Source of the DNA: a bacterium | GTDB lineage: Bacteria > UBA8248 | Assembly: GCA_965202625.1 (NCBI GenBank) | Contig: CBDBBI010000010.1 | Span: forward strand, 2,176,001-2,240,000 | Direction: 5' to 3' | DNA length: 64,000 nucleotides | Shown: piece after piece, positions 34,029 to 43,512 of the stretch | Numbering within the stretch: the stretch's first letter is position 1 | Layout: the number at the start of each line of letters is the position of its first letter | The notes under the pieces: model-generated | Seen by the model: only the letters and a program-made list of their open reading frames with translations | Databases searched by the model: none | What the model was told of the DNA's origin: nothing | Translations under genes and position numbers: made by a program

Positions 34029-34120
34029 GGAGAGGTGGCCGAGTCCGGTTTAAGGCGGCAGACTCGAAATCTGTTGTGCAGGCGACTGTACCGGGGGTTC
34101 GAATCCCTCCCTCTCCGCCA
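34029..34120 (+). tRNA. tRNA-Ser(CGA); island integration site
   Basis: GGAGAGG/CCTCTCC acceptor stem, gcaga-ctCGAaa-tctgt anticodon arm, long variable arm, GCCA end. Confidence 0.95.
34090..34120 (+). repeat. attL-like direct repeat (31 bp, 3' end of tRNA-Ser)
   Basis: ACCGGGGGTTCGAATCCCTCCCTCTCCGCCA identical to 41830-41860. Confidence 0.92.
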
Positions 34121-34224
34121 ATAAATCCATAACTTAGATGCCAATCGTCGGGGACGAGCTTCAACCCCTGGCGCCATCGCTCGACAACAGCGTCCTGGTG
34201 AGGAAGACGAAGTCGCAACGCCTG

Positions 34225-34475
34225 CCAAGGCCGCTCAAGCCGAAGCGATTCCATGGAACCGTGCAGATCGACGCCACGCGCGTTGGGACGCGGATGCGAG
34301 CAAGATCGCGGATGAGGTTATTGCGCACCTCTCCGGTCTCGTTGGCGCCAAAGTTACTGTGACCCTGGAGATCGACGCGGAGATCCCGTCGGGCGCACCC
34401 GACCAGGTCGTTCGCACGGTTACGGAGAACGGGCGGATCTTGAAGTTCACGAGCCAAGGCTTCGAGGAGGAATAG
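34225..34475 (+). pseudogene. C-terminal remnant of a DUF499-like ATPase
   Basis: PKRFHGTVQIDATRVG, frameshift near 34290, then DASKIADEVIAHLSGLVGAKVTVTLEIDAEIPSGAPDQVVRTVTENGRILKFTSQGFEEE*, recognised as the typical DUF499-protein C-terminus. Confidence 0.65.
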
Positions 34476-34539
34476 GCCGCATGTCGACATTTTGCTTTCT
34501 GAAATGCCGCCGGCAGGAGTTTCTGTGGAGCCAAGATCG

Positions 34540-34917
34540 ATGACGGACGATAGCCAACAAGCAGATCCCGCAACGCTGCCGAAATCGCTGCTAGACTTTG
34601 TCGTGGATTCGTGGCATTTCGGGCGCTTGTGCGACCGGTTGCTGCGGAAGCTGGACGCGGGCGAACAAGGAAGGTATCGAGGCCAGTTTCGTTGGTTTCA
34701 GAGAAAACTCGAGGACTCCCTCACGGACGCCGGGATGCGGATTGTCAACGTCGAAGGACACCCATTCGATATGGGGATGGCTGCGACACCCCTCAATATC
34801 AAGGAGTTTGGATCTGAGGACGCGCTGGTCGTCGATCAGATGCTCGAACCAATAATTATGGGCCCGGAGGGCGTAGTCCGATTAGGCACGGTCACGCTCA
34901 GGAAGGTGGAGTCATGA
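34540..34917 (+). CDS. GrpE-like small protein
   Basis: Helical N-part then 'GMRIVNVEGHPFDMG...VVDQMLEP...GVVRLGTV', resembling the GrpE beta-domain; ATGA overlap with Hsp70. Confidence 0.6.
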   Translation: MTDDSQQADPATLPKSLLDFVVDSWHFGRLCDRLLRKLDAGEQGRYRGQFRWFQRKLEDSLTDAGMRIVNVEGHPFDMGMAATPLNIKEFGSEDALVVDQMLEPIIMGPEGVVRLGTVTLRKVES

Positions 34918-37412
34918 ATAACTATGTTGGTATTGACCTGGGTACGACGAACAGTGCGATCTGTTCATACGACGGCGACGAGACCCGTATCTGGAAAAGC
35001 CCCGAGCAGAACGATGTGACGCCATCGGTGATCTACATGGACCGGCGGGGAAACAAGTACGTAGGTAAACGGGCCTATGACTCGGCACCCCACAGCCCGG
35101 ACAACGCCGCAATGCTATTCAAACGCCTGATGGGCACGAGTACGCCCATTAAGCTATCAGCGGTCGATATCACAATGAGCCCAGAGGAATGTTCTTCCGA
35201 GATTCTTCGGGTGCTATATGGCTACCTACCGGAGGAACTTCGAAACGATTCGGACGTTGGGACCGTTATCACGGTGCCTGCCGCCTTCAATCAGATGCAG
35301 AAGAACGCCACGATGCAGGCGGCAGAGCTGGCCGGAATCGGCCGGGTCGCACTGATGCAAGAGCCCGTTGCGGCGGTGATGAGCGTCATGAAGGCGCGCA
35401 ATGCGGACGGCATCTTTGTTGTCTACGACCTTGGAGGCGGCACGCTTGACGTTGCGCTTGCAGAGAGCATTGGGGGGCGAATTAACCTTCTTGCGCATGG
35501 TGGCATAGCGATGTGCGGCGGAAGGGATTTCGACCGTTTTCTCCTCGATAGCGTCATCAAACCTTGGCTATTCAAGAATTTTGATCTCCCTGAAGATATT
35601 TCGACCGACTCGACCTATAAACCCTTGCTTCGATTGGCAGCTTGGGCAGCCGAACGCGCCAAGATTGAACTGTCGGCGCGCAAAGAGGCGATCATCAGTC
35701 TGTCCGAGACTGAGGCGCGCGTTCGAGACCAATCCAATCAGGAGATCTACATCGATATTCCGCTGGATCGGAGCGCCCTGGACGAATTGATCAATGAGAA
35801 GGTTGGCGAATCAATCGAGGCCGCACGGGAGGCGCTTGCCAAAGCTGGATGGAGTCCTCACGACGTCGAGCGGGTCGTTTTCGTTGGCGGTCCCACGAAC
35901 TACAAGCCGCTGCGAGACAAAGTGTCGTTCGAGCTTGGGATATCTGCGAGCACCGAAGTCAATCCGATGACGGCCGTTGCTGAAGGCGCTGCTCTTTTTG
36001 CCGAATCTATTGAGTGGGGTTCAGAGAATCGCAGTCGTAAGAGCAATCGCGGAAGGTTAGCATCGAGCGGACAACTCGATCTGTCCTTCAATTACACCGC
36101 ACGCACGCCGGATACTCGGGCGAAGATCGTCGTGCAGGTTGGCGGTCAGGTGATGCCAGGTGCGGAGTTCCAGGTGGACAGTCTGGATACTGGTTGGACC
36201 TCTGGCCGATTGCCGCTGAGCAATGGCGCCGCCGTCGACGTATCACTCTCGAAGAGCGGAGAAAACGGGTTCAAAGTCTTTGTTTTCGATGCGGCTGGCG
36301 GCCCGTTGCCGTTGACGCTCGAACAGGACAAGATTGCGATCACGAGGACTGCGGCTACGGTCGATGCTATCCCGGCCTCGCACTCCATAGGCATTGAAGT
36401 GCTGGAGAAGCTCGGTGGTACACCCACTATCGAATGGCTTGTCCGGGCGGGAGACCAGTTACCGAAGAAGGGAAAGCGAGTTTTCAAGGCGGGCGAGTCG
36501 TTGAAGGCCGGTAGCACTGGTGCGCTCAATTTCAAATTGCTTGAGGGCGAGAGCGACGTGCCAGCCGACAATCGCTTTATCGGGCTTCTAAAGATCACGG
36601 GCAGCGACTTCGACGATGGGGTGATCCCGGCCGGAGCGGACCTCCAGTGCGATTTCGAAATGCTTGATTCCGGAAACATAGTGCTCGAGGTGTCCGTTCC
36701 GAGCATCCGTGGAACGTTTCATTCCGGTCGGAACTTCTACTCGCGCCAAAAAGGCCAGATGGACTTCAGTAGCGAATCCGCGCGTATCAGTAAAGAGGGA
36801 GAACGGACACTTCAGCGCCTCGACGACATCGCCGAAGTCATAGACGACCCCAAACTCGAGCAGGCGCACAGGAAGCTGACTTTGGCATCACAACTCAATG
36901 CGGATGAGCCGGATACCGAGCGCGCCCAAGAAGCGATGGAGGGAGTCGTTGAAGTGCGTCGTCTGTTGGCGAAGTTGCGAAAAGAGAACCTTAAGAAGAT
37001 TCGGCCGATGGAGCTTGACAGTGCTACTGAATTCTTCAATGAGCACATTCGTAAATTCGCGCGCCCGAGCGAGAAAAACGCGTTCGATAATCTGGTGCGG
37101 ACCGCTCAGCGCGCTATTGAACGAAAAGACAAGGACTTTGAGAGCCATCTGGAGGAACTCAAACGCACGAACTTCGAAATCCTGTGGCGGCAAGACTGGT
37201 TCGTCGTGCGGAAGTTCCAGTGGATGGCTGATTCACCACACCACTTCTCTGACCCGGTTCGATTCAAGGAATTCGTTTCAATGGGCCTGAATTCACTCCA
37301 GGCTGACGATATTGACTCGCTGCGGCAGATCGTCGGGCGCCTTGAACATATCCGGATTGATACGGGAGCGGATACGGACATGCTCGACATCGCCAACATC
37401 ATCCGAGGCTAG
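34914..37412 (+). CDS. Non-canonical Hsp70 family protein (832 aa)
   Basis: GIDLGTTNS, TVPAAF, EPVAA, YDLGGGTLD, GGRDFD, VGGPT; extended divergent C-terminal region; not housekeeping DnaK. Confidence 0.92.
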   Translation: MNNYVGIDLGTTNSAICSYDGDETRIWKSPEQNDVTPSVIYMDRRGNKYVGKRAYDSAPHSPDNAAMLFKRLMGTSTPIKLSAVDITMSPEECSSEILRVLYGYLPEELRNDSDVGTVITVPAAFNQMQKNATMQAAELAGIGRVALMQEPVAAVMSVMKARNADGIFVVYDLGGGTLDVALAESIGGRINLLAHGGIAMCGGRDFDRFLLDSVIKPWLFKNFDLPEDISTDSTYKPLLRLAAWAAERAKIELSARKEAIISLSETEARVRDQSNQEIYIDIPLDRSALDELINEKVGESIEAAREALAKAGWSPHDVERVVFVGGPTNYKPLRDKVSFELGISASTEVNPMTAVAEGAALFAESIEWGSENRSRKSNRGRLASSGQLDLSFNYTARTPDTRAKIVVQVGGQVMPGAEFQVDSLDTGWTSGRLPLSNGAAVDVSLSKSGENGFKVFVFDAAGGPLPLTLEQDKIAITRTAATVDAIPASHSIGIEVLEKLGGTPTIEWLVRAGDQLPKKGKRVFKAGESLKAGSTGALNFKLLEGESDVPADNRFIGLLKITGSDFDDGVIPAGADLQCDFEMLDSGNIVLEVSVPSIRGTFHSGRNFYSRQKGQMDFSSESARISKEGERTLQRLDDIAEVIDDPKLEQAHRKLTLASQLNADEPDTERAQEAMEGVVEVRRLLAKLRKENLKKIRPMELDSATEFFNEHIRKFARPSEKNAFDNLVRTAQRAIERKDKDFESHLEELKRTNFEILWRQDWFVVRKFQWMADSPHHFSDPVRFKEFVSMGLNSLQADDIDSLRQIVGRLEHIRIDTGADTDMLDIANIIRG

Positions 37413-37414
37413 CC

Positions 37415-38872
37415 ATGGCTCAAGAGCGCTGGTTTCCGGTAAAGCACGAGCTGTCAGGCCGGTCTAAGCTCGGTCGCCTTCTGCACTGCGGGGCGGACTG
37501 GCAGATCTACCGACTTGACCGTGAGAATTCGGTGTTGGTAGCGCGAAGCACTCTTGCCGACCGGTGGGTAGAAGCGGGTTTTTTGCCGGATACTGTTCTT
37601 GAGTTGTTCACGTTCGGCAAGGAGAGCTACAAGGCAATGGCGTCAGGGCCGGACCAGAGACTAGAGCCTGTCGCGGAAGGTGGTTCCCCGGACAGCAAAG
37701 CGGATGGGCTCTCTTTTGCGCTCAGTCTACGCGAAAGCCGAAAGATTGACGCCGAGGTTCCGCTGCATGACGCCGTATACGCGGAGCGCTACTCGCGGCT
37801 GCTCCCGACCTGGACCGTGTCGGAAGCAACCTCTGATGAGGAGGTTCTGGGACGATGGTTGACCGGCGGCGTATCCATTCCCGCGACCTCCTTTCGGCGC
37901 CTGTCCAGCCTGCTGGGGTGGCTTGACAAGAAGGACGTTCACGACCTCGTTGAGGCAGCAGGATTTTCGGCGCCGCTGGATTCAGGCGGGTCGCTGACGA
38001 AAGAGAGGCCGAAGCGCGGAAAAACAAAGCCTGAAAGCGAGAAGGCTGCAACGCCTCGGACGCTGACTGAAGGAGACTCAGGTGAGCGTCCGCAAATGCG
38101 ACAGTTCCAGCTTTCGGGGCGCCCGGACCTGGAGGCGTTCTTCAACGAGCACGTTATCGACATCATCGAAAACACGGAGCGGTACAAGGCGCTGGGGATC
38201 GAGTTCCCGACGGCCATCGTCTTGCACGGACCGCCGGGATGCGGAAAGACATTCGCTGTGGAGCGGCTCGTCGAGTATCTCGATTGGCCGATCTTTTATG
38301 TCGACTCTAACAGTGTCAGCAGTCCATACATTCACGAAACCAGCCGCAAGGTAAGCGAGGTGTTCGATAAGGCAATGGACGCATCCCCATCGATGATCGT
38401 GATCGATGAAATGGAGTCATACCTGTCGGACCGGCAAATCCATGAATCTACCGGCCTTCACCACGTCGAAGAAGTTGCCGAGTTCCTTCGCCGTATTCCG
38501 GAGGCGAACAAGCGCGGCGTCCTAGTGATTGGCATGACCAATCGGCTAGAGATGATCGACTCGGCCATTCTTCGACGTGGTCGATTTGACCATATTGTTG
38601 AGGTGGGCATGCCATCCGCCACTGAAGTTTCGAGCTTGATTGACTCACTGCTGGTCAAGGTTCCGGTAGAAGGCGCAATTGACACCAAGGATGTGGTGGA
38701 GGCATTGACCGGTAGGGCGTTATCGGACACTGTGTTCGTTGTGCGGGAGGCCGCGCGGCTCGCGGCGCGCGCCGGGAAGAACGCTCTGGACGACGAGTTT
38801 TTGCGGGCAGCGCTCGCGAGTCTTCCCCCGGCCGAGCCGAAGAAGCGATCGATCGGTTTCATTCAGGATTAG
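37415..38872 (+). CDS. AAA+ ATPase (CDC48/FtsH-like single module) with an uncharacterised N-terminal domain
   Basis: GPPGCGKT Walker A, IVIDEME Walker B, MTNR...IDSAILRRGRFD second region of homology, C-terminal RSIGF. Confidence 0.9.
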   Translation: MAQERWFPVKHELSGRSKLGRLLHCGADWQIYRLDRENSVLVARSTLADRWVEAGFLPDTVLELFTFGKESYKAMASGPDQRLEPVAEGGSPDSKADGLSFALSLRESRKIDAEVPLHDAVYAERYSRLLPTWTVSEATSDEEVLGRWLTGGVSIPATSFRRLSSLLGWLDKKDVHDLVEAAGFSAPLDSGGSLTKERPKRGKTKPESEKAATPRTLTEGDSGERPQMRQFQLSGRPDLEAFFNEHVIDIIENTERYKALGIEFPTAIVLHGPPGCGKTFAVERLVEYLDWPIFYVDSNSVSSPYIHETSRKVSEVFDKAMDASPSMIVIDEMESYLSDRQIHESTGLHHVEEVAEFLRRIPEANKRGVLVIGMTNRLEMIDSAILRRGRFDHIVEVGMPSATEVSSLIDSLLVKVPVEGAIDTKDVVEALTGRALSDTVFVVREAARLAARAGKNALDDEFLRAALASLPPAEPKKRSIGFIQD

Positions 38873-38875
38873 GCC

Positions 38876-40537
38876 GTGGAGCTGCTAAAGAATCCATTTT
38901 TCGTCCTTGGTGCCACGATGCGAGATGACCGGCGCCGCATCATGGAACTGGCCGAAGAGAAAAGTCTGCTCTCTGACGAGAGCTCGGTTCGTGATGCCAG
39001 AGCGACCCTTACTAATCCGAGAAGGCGCCTCGCAGCAGAGGTGGGTTGGCTGCCGGGGCTCGGCCCGAAGCGAATTACAGAGACGTTGTTTGTTCTAGAA
39101 AAAGACCCTATCAAGGTCCGCACTCAGGGAAATTTGCCGGCCCTCGCACTTGCCAATCTTTTAGCTGATGGCTTGGTGCGCGCCGCTGCGAAGCTGCCAC
39201 TCGACGAGGTTGCGAAATGGATCGTTCAACTTGCCGAGGCCGAGGCGTATGACGACCTCGAAATCGAGCTAACGGTCATGTTGTTGAACAAGGAACGTTC
39301 GGTGGCTGGCTTCCCCGATATTTCAGATCTCCAGAATGTAGAGGAAGAGCTTCGGGCTCGGCGCCGGTACTACTGCCAGGCGATAAAGGATGCTCTCGAC
39401 CAGTTGCCTGCTACATCTCTCGTGGAGGTCGTAACACGGGCGGTTGATCAGGCGACCGCCAACGGCTCAAAGCACGCTCCGATTCTGATTGACGATTTGG
39501 CGGATAGTTTTGCACTTGAGGCCCAGGGTTTTCTTGAAATGGAGACGAAGAATATCGCGGGGCTTGTGCAGGGAGTACGAAGCGCGGCCGAGGGCGAGAA
39601 AGGCGAGAGATATATCGGTGGCCTTGTCGGACAGCTAGAAAAAGTGCTCAAGAACTGGGACACGGTGGTTCAGCCGATCCAAGTGAGTGCCCAGAGCCGG
39701 GGCATGAGGCACGATCCCAGCCATGAGGTTGCGCGCGAGATTAGAAGTCTCGCGGTGGACCTGTTCAACGAGCATGGCCTCCTCGATCTTTCCAAGCGAC
39801 TAACGGCACTCCAGCAGGAGGTGTTTGCCGAGGTTGACAGGGTAGTGGAACAGTTGGAGAAGGATGCCTCCGCGCTGGATGAGATTGCCGAGCAGAGGAG
39901 TCAGTTTCTCGCAGACATGGAGACTCGAGCTGAGTCCTGGAAACGCGAAGTCACCTACGAAGCCGACGTTGGTGTGATGTTCAAGGATAAGCTGCGTATC
40001 TCACCGGCCGGGGTCCTGTGGAAAGGAACGAAGATTCCACTGGAAGATATCAATCGAGTGAGATGGGGCGGTACCCGGCATTCCGTCAACGGTATTCCAA
40101 CTGGTACGACGTACAACATCTTCGTTGGCGCCGCGAGGGGCGGGACCACTATCAATCTGAGAAAAGAGCATATCTACTCGGAGTTTGTAGGCCGCCTCTG
40201 GAAGACGGCGGGTGTGCGCCTCCTAACGGAGATGCTCGAGGGGCTGAAGGCCGGCAAGCGATATAGGTTCGGAACAGCCGTCATTACTGATGATGGTGTT
40301 GAGCTGGAAAGGCGCCATCTCTTCGCAGCCAATGAACGGGTTCTCTGCCCGTGGACGGAACTGGTCATCGGCAACAGAGGCGGTACGTTCTACATCGCCA
40401 AGAAGGATGAGAAGAAGGTAGCGGTCGAGTTGCCTTATCAGGATATGGACAACGTCCACATCCTCGAGGCTGCGATGCGCGTTTTCTGGAAGAACGCCAG
40501 CCCCAGGCTGAGCGATCTGCTAAACAAGACGCACTAA
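38876..40537 (+). CDS. Hypothetical protein with J-domain-like N-terminus (no HPD), helical core and C-terminal PH-like repeats
   Basis: NPFFVLG...ARATLTNPRRR resembles J-domain helices I and IV; two beta-rich C-terminal segments. Confidence 0.6.
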   Translation: MELLKNPFFVLGATMRDDRRRIMELAEEKSLLSDESSVRDARATLTNPRRRLAAEVGWLPGLGPKRITETLFVLEKDPIKVRTQGNLPALALANLLADGLVRAAAKLPLDEVAKWIVQLAEAEAYDDLEIELTVMLLNKERSVAGFPDISDLQNVEEELRARRRYYCQAIKDALDQLPATSLVEVVTRAVDQATANGSKHAPILIDDLADSFALEAQGFLEMETKNIAGLVQGVRSAAEGEKGERYIGGLVGQLEKVLKNWDTVVQPIQVSAQSRGMRHDPSHEVAREIRSLAVDLFNEHGLLDLSKRLTALQQEVFAEVDRVVEQLEKDASALDEIAEQRSQFLADMETRAESWKREVTYEADVGVMFKDKLRISPAGVLWKGTKIPLEDINRVRWGGTRHSVNGIPTGTTYNIFVGAARGGTTINLRKEHIYSEFVGRLWKTAGVRLLTEMLEGLKAGKRYRFGTAVITDDGVELERRHLFAANERVLCPWTELVIGNRGGTFYIAKKDEKKVAVELPYQDMDNVHILEAAMRVFWKNASPRLSDLLNKTH

Positions 40538-41752
40538 GTGGCAATTGGCGTGAGAGGATACAATGAGCGACGAGAAGGAAAAAAAGGGTTCTCTGGGCTC
40601 TCGTCTCTTGCCTCCGACGTTGAGGAAGTCGCGGCAGACACACCGCGCCAAAAGGATCAAACGGAAAGACGCGCTGCGCAACCGCAGAGACAGAGCACCG
40701 GATCCTCCACGCATAGTTCAGCAGCACAGACGAAGCCCTCACATTCTCAACGGCCCGAGCCGGAGGAGGTGGCTTCAGGTACATCCCGAGCCCCTACCTC
40801 CGGATCTTCTGGCGCAAAGTGGTTCTGGGGTCTGGTCGGGGTTGGTGTGTTGATCTGGCTGTTCAACGCTGCTCAAGAGGACAGCAGCAGTCCGAGCCGT
40901 GGTCGCTCGTATACCCAACCCACCCCTACGCCTAGTTACACGCCGCCGGTGTCACCGGCGCAGCAACCGGGGCTCGATTTTTCGCAGCCACCTGTAGGCC
41001 AGAACAAAGTGCTGTCCGTCGCGCAAATACGATGGTGCCTTCGGGAGGAGATTCGGATTGAAGTCTTGCGACCTCTGCCGACGACGAACTCGCAGATAGA
41101 CCAGTTCAACGCCGTCGTCGCTGACTACAACAACCGATGCGGGAACTACCGTTACCGTGGAGGAACGTTGACGCGCGCACGACGAGAAGTCGAACGTGTG
41201 AGAGCGCAGATCGTTGCGAGCGTCGCGCCGGCGCAGCCTCGGCCGGTTCAGCAACAGTCACAATTAGCACTGGACGTGCAGAATGCACTGACCGCGTTGG
41301 GGTACGAACCGGGGCCTGCTGACGGCTTGTATGGCGCCAGAACCAGGTCGGCGATCCAGTCCTTCCAGCGGGACGTCGGACTCGCCGCTGACGGGCAAGT
41401 GACAGAGGCACTGCTAGAGCGCCTTCGGCTAGAGGTTGTCTCGCGTCGATCACGAGGCACATCGGCGACCACTGGCGGTGTCACGCCACCGAGTACGGCC
41501 ACACGCTCGAAGGGCGAGCCAAACGCGTACTTTACTAGGAACTCACACCAGGACGACGTACTTCGATTGCAGGGGACACCATCGGATATCACGCGCTACG
41601 ATGCCTTGGGATACGAGACGTGGTATTTCGGCCGCAGCACGGTGAACATCGATTCTCGTACGCGGCGGGTGCTCGAGTGGGACAACAAACCAGGCAGTCA
41701 GGTTACCTCGTCTACGGCGTTTACACGGAACTCGCACGCGGACGAAGACTAA
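40538..41752 (+). CDS. Single-pass membrane protein with a peptidoglycan-binding domain; C-terminus probably truncated
   Basis: TM segment WFWGLVGVGVLIWLF; VQNALTALGY.PGPADGLYGARTRSAIQSFQ...GL.ADG (PG_binding_1); repeat FTRNSH(Q/A)D whose second copy is cut short. Confidence 0.75.
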   Translation: MAIGVRGYNERREGKKGFSGLSSLASDVEEVAADTPRQKDQTERRAAQPQRQSTGSSTHSSAAQTKPSHSQRPEPEEVASGTSRAPTSGSSGAKWFWGLVGVGVLIWLFNAAQEDSSSPSRGRSYTQPTPTPSYTPPVSPAQQPGLDFSQPPVGQNKVLSVAQIRWCLREEIRIEVLRPLPTTNSQIDQFNAVVADYNNRCGNYRYRGGTLTRARREVERVRAQIVASVAPAQPRPVQQQSQLALDVQNALTALGYEPGPADGLYGARTRSAIQSFQRDVGLAADGQVTEALLERLRLEVVSRRSRGTSATTGGVTPPSTATRSKGEPNAYFTRNSHQDDVLRLQGTPSDITRYDALGYETWYFGRSTVNIDSRTRRVLEWDNKPGSQVTSSTAFTRNSHADED

Positions 41753-41829
41753 ACGCGCGAGAGGATGGCGTTCGAATTAGACGCGATCTGGACACGGTAC
41801 CTTTTTAACTTATTGAAAAATAAGGAAAC

Positions 41830-41860
41830 ACCGGGGGTTCGAATCCCTCCCTCTCCGCCA
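41830..41860 (+). repeat. attR-like direct repeat (duplicated tRNA-Ser 3' end)
   Basis: Identical to 34090-34120. Confidence 0.92.
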
Positions 41861-42278
41861 TTCGGATTTCAGGAAGCGAAGATCTGCTGGAGCGGCTCTC
41901 CCGTTGGATCCTTTCCGTGCGCGGTTGCGCGCGCCCTTCCCCCTTGGGGAAGGATTTTCCGCTTTTCATTCAAGCAGAAGCGTCTCACCGCCCGGGGGTC
42001 GTTCGACAGATCTAAGGATAAGAATTTCAGGGTTGCCCATGTGCGCCCGATGCACATCTCATATTGCTCCCTCCCAGAATGAAATGAAATCCCAGAAGCA
42101 TTCGAGAAATAAATCAGAAATTCAGAATTAACGCTTGCGAAACGAACAATATATGTATCGCCCATATCATGGATGTAGTCATGGGGTGGCGGCGTTTACT
42201 TTGTTTGAATCTTCATCTGTATTGGCCCACTAATTCCCCTAAAACCGAGATACTCGTTTTAACGAAGGAGATGGCCCA

Positions 42279-43451
42279 ATGAAGGAAAATTTGTCTCATG
42301 ACAGGCGGTTCAGGCGCCGTGATTTTCTGAAAATGGGAGCAAGCGCGGCTGGCGCGGGGTTGTTGCCACTCCTGAAATATTTGCCCGCGGAGGCCGCCAC
42401 GGGCCGCGGCATGCTCGTGGTCGTCATTGGCAACGGCCCCAACGGCATGGACATTCACAGAAAAGGAACAAATCGCCCAAGCTATCAAGTTGCCGTGAAC
42501 CTCTATGATCGTTTGGTTACCTATGGAAGAAAGAAACTCACAGACGGGAACGTCATGTACGATTATCAGAAGATTGAACCGGAGCTGGCTGAATCCTGGG
42601 CGTTCGCCCCGGACGGCATGGCCGTCACCTTCAAGATTCGCCAGGATGCCAAGTTCCACGACGGAAAACCCGTCACCGCTCATGACGTGAAATGGTCTTT
42701 CGACCGGGCGGTTTTCCAGCCGTCCAGATGAAGGCAGGTTCGCTTGTTCGCCCCGATCAGTTCATCGTCGTTGATGACTATACTTTCAAGATCAAATTTA
42801 TCCGCAAGAGCAAGCTCACATTGCCCGACCTCGGCGTTCCCGTTCCCATCATTATGAACTCGGTGGTCGCCAAAGCAAAAGCTACAAAGAGCGACCCGTG
42901 GGCGACGGAATACTTGCACAGGAACCCGCAGGGAAGCGGCGCATTCAAGTTGCAGCAATGGAAACCCAGACAGCATACAGTTTGCATTCGCAACGATGCC
43001 TGGAAATCGGGCCCCCTGCCTGGCGTGAAGCGGGTGATCATTCGGGAAGTGGCGTCGGCCTCCACGCGTCGCGCCCTGTTGTTGCGAGGAGATGCCGATG
43101 TGTCTCTTGATCTCCCGCCGAAGGACACCAAGGAACTTACGAACAACAAAAAGATCAAGATCGCTGGTGTTCCCCTGGGCCTATCAGCCGAAGCGCCTTT
43201 TCAACTCGATGAACTACAACACCCCGATGCTGAACAAACTTGTGGACGAAACCCTGCACATGCCGGTGGGCAGCCCCGGCTATGCGGAGCGCGTCAAAGC
43301 TTTCATCAAAATCGCTTTCGAGGAAGTGCCCCTCATTCCGCTCTGGCAACCTTATCTGGATGTCGCGATGCAAAAGAACATAGAGGGGTACGAATATTGG
43401 TTTCACCGTCAGCTTGACGTGAGGTCGTTCACGAAATTGCGTAGAGCCTAG
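42279..43451 (+). pseudogene. Degraded peptide/nickel ABC substrate-binding protein (Tat signal)
   Basis: RRRDFLK Tat motif, LAESW, FHDGKPVTAHDVKWSF; frameshift near 42712 and a large deletion near 43170. Confidence 0.85.
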
Positions 43452-43512
43452 AGGTTTGGGGCAAGTACGTCGCAACATGAGACAGCGCGTCTCTTGAAGG
43501 GTGGACTATGAG

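Larger units (their letters stand above)
34121..41860. mobile_element. tRNA-Ser-integrated genomic island (about 7.7 kb), no integrase visible
   Basis: Bounded by a perfect 31-bp duplication of the tRNA 3' end; truncated genes at both inner edges. Confidence 0.85.

Noticed and set aside
34029-34120. Long-variable-arm tRNA as tRNA-Sec (selC)
   Set aside because: The anticodon is CGA, not TCA, and the acceptor stem is a normal 7 bp, so it is tRNA-Ser; no sel genes are visible in this window
33427-34254. Long antisense ORFs (also 17520-18506, 49144-50151, 56144-57271, 57587-58678)
   Set aside because: Shadow frames of well-supported genes in GC-rich DNA, with no recognisable motifs
34914-37412. 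Calling the Hsp70 dnaK
   Set aside because: It is much longer, has a divergent C-terminal half and lies in an island with non-canonical partners
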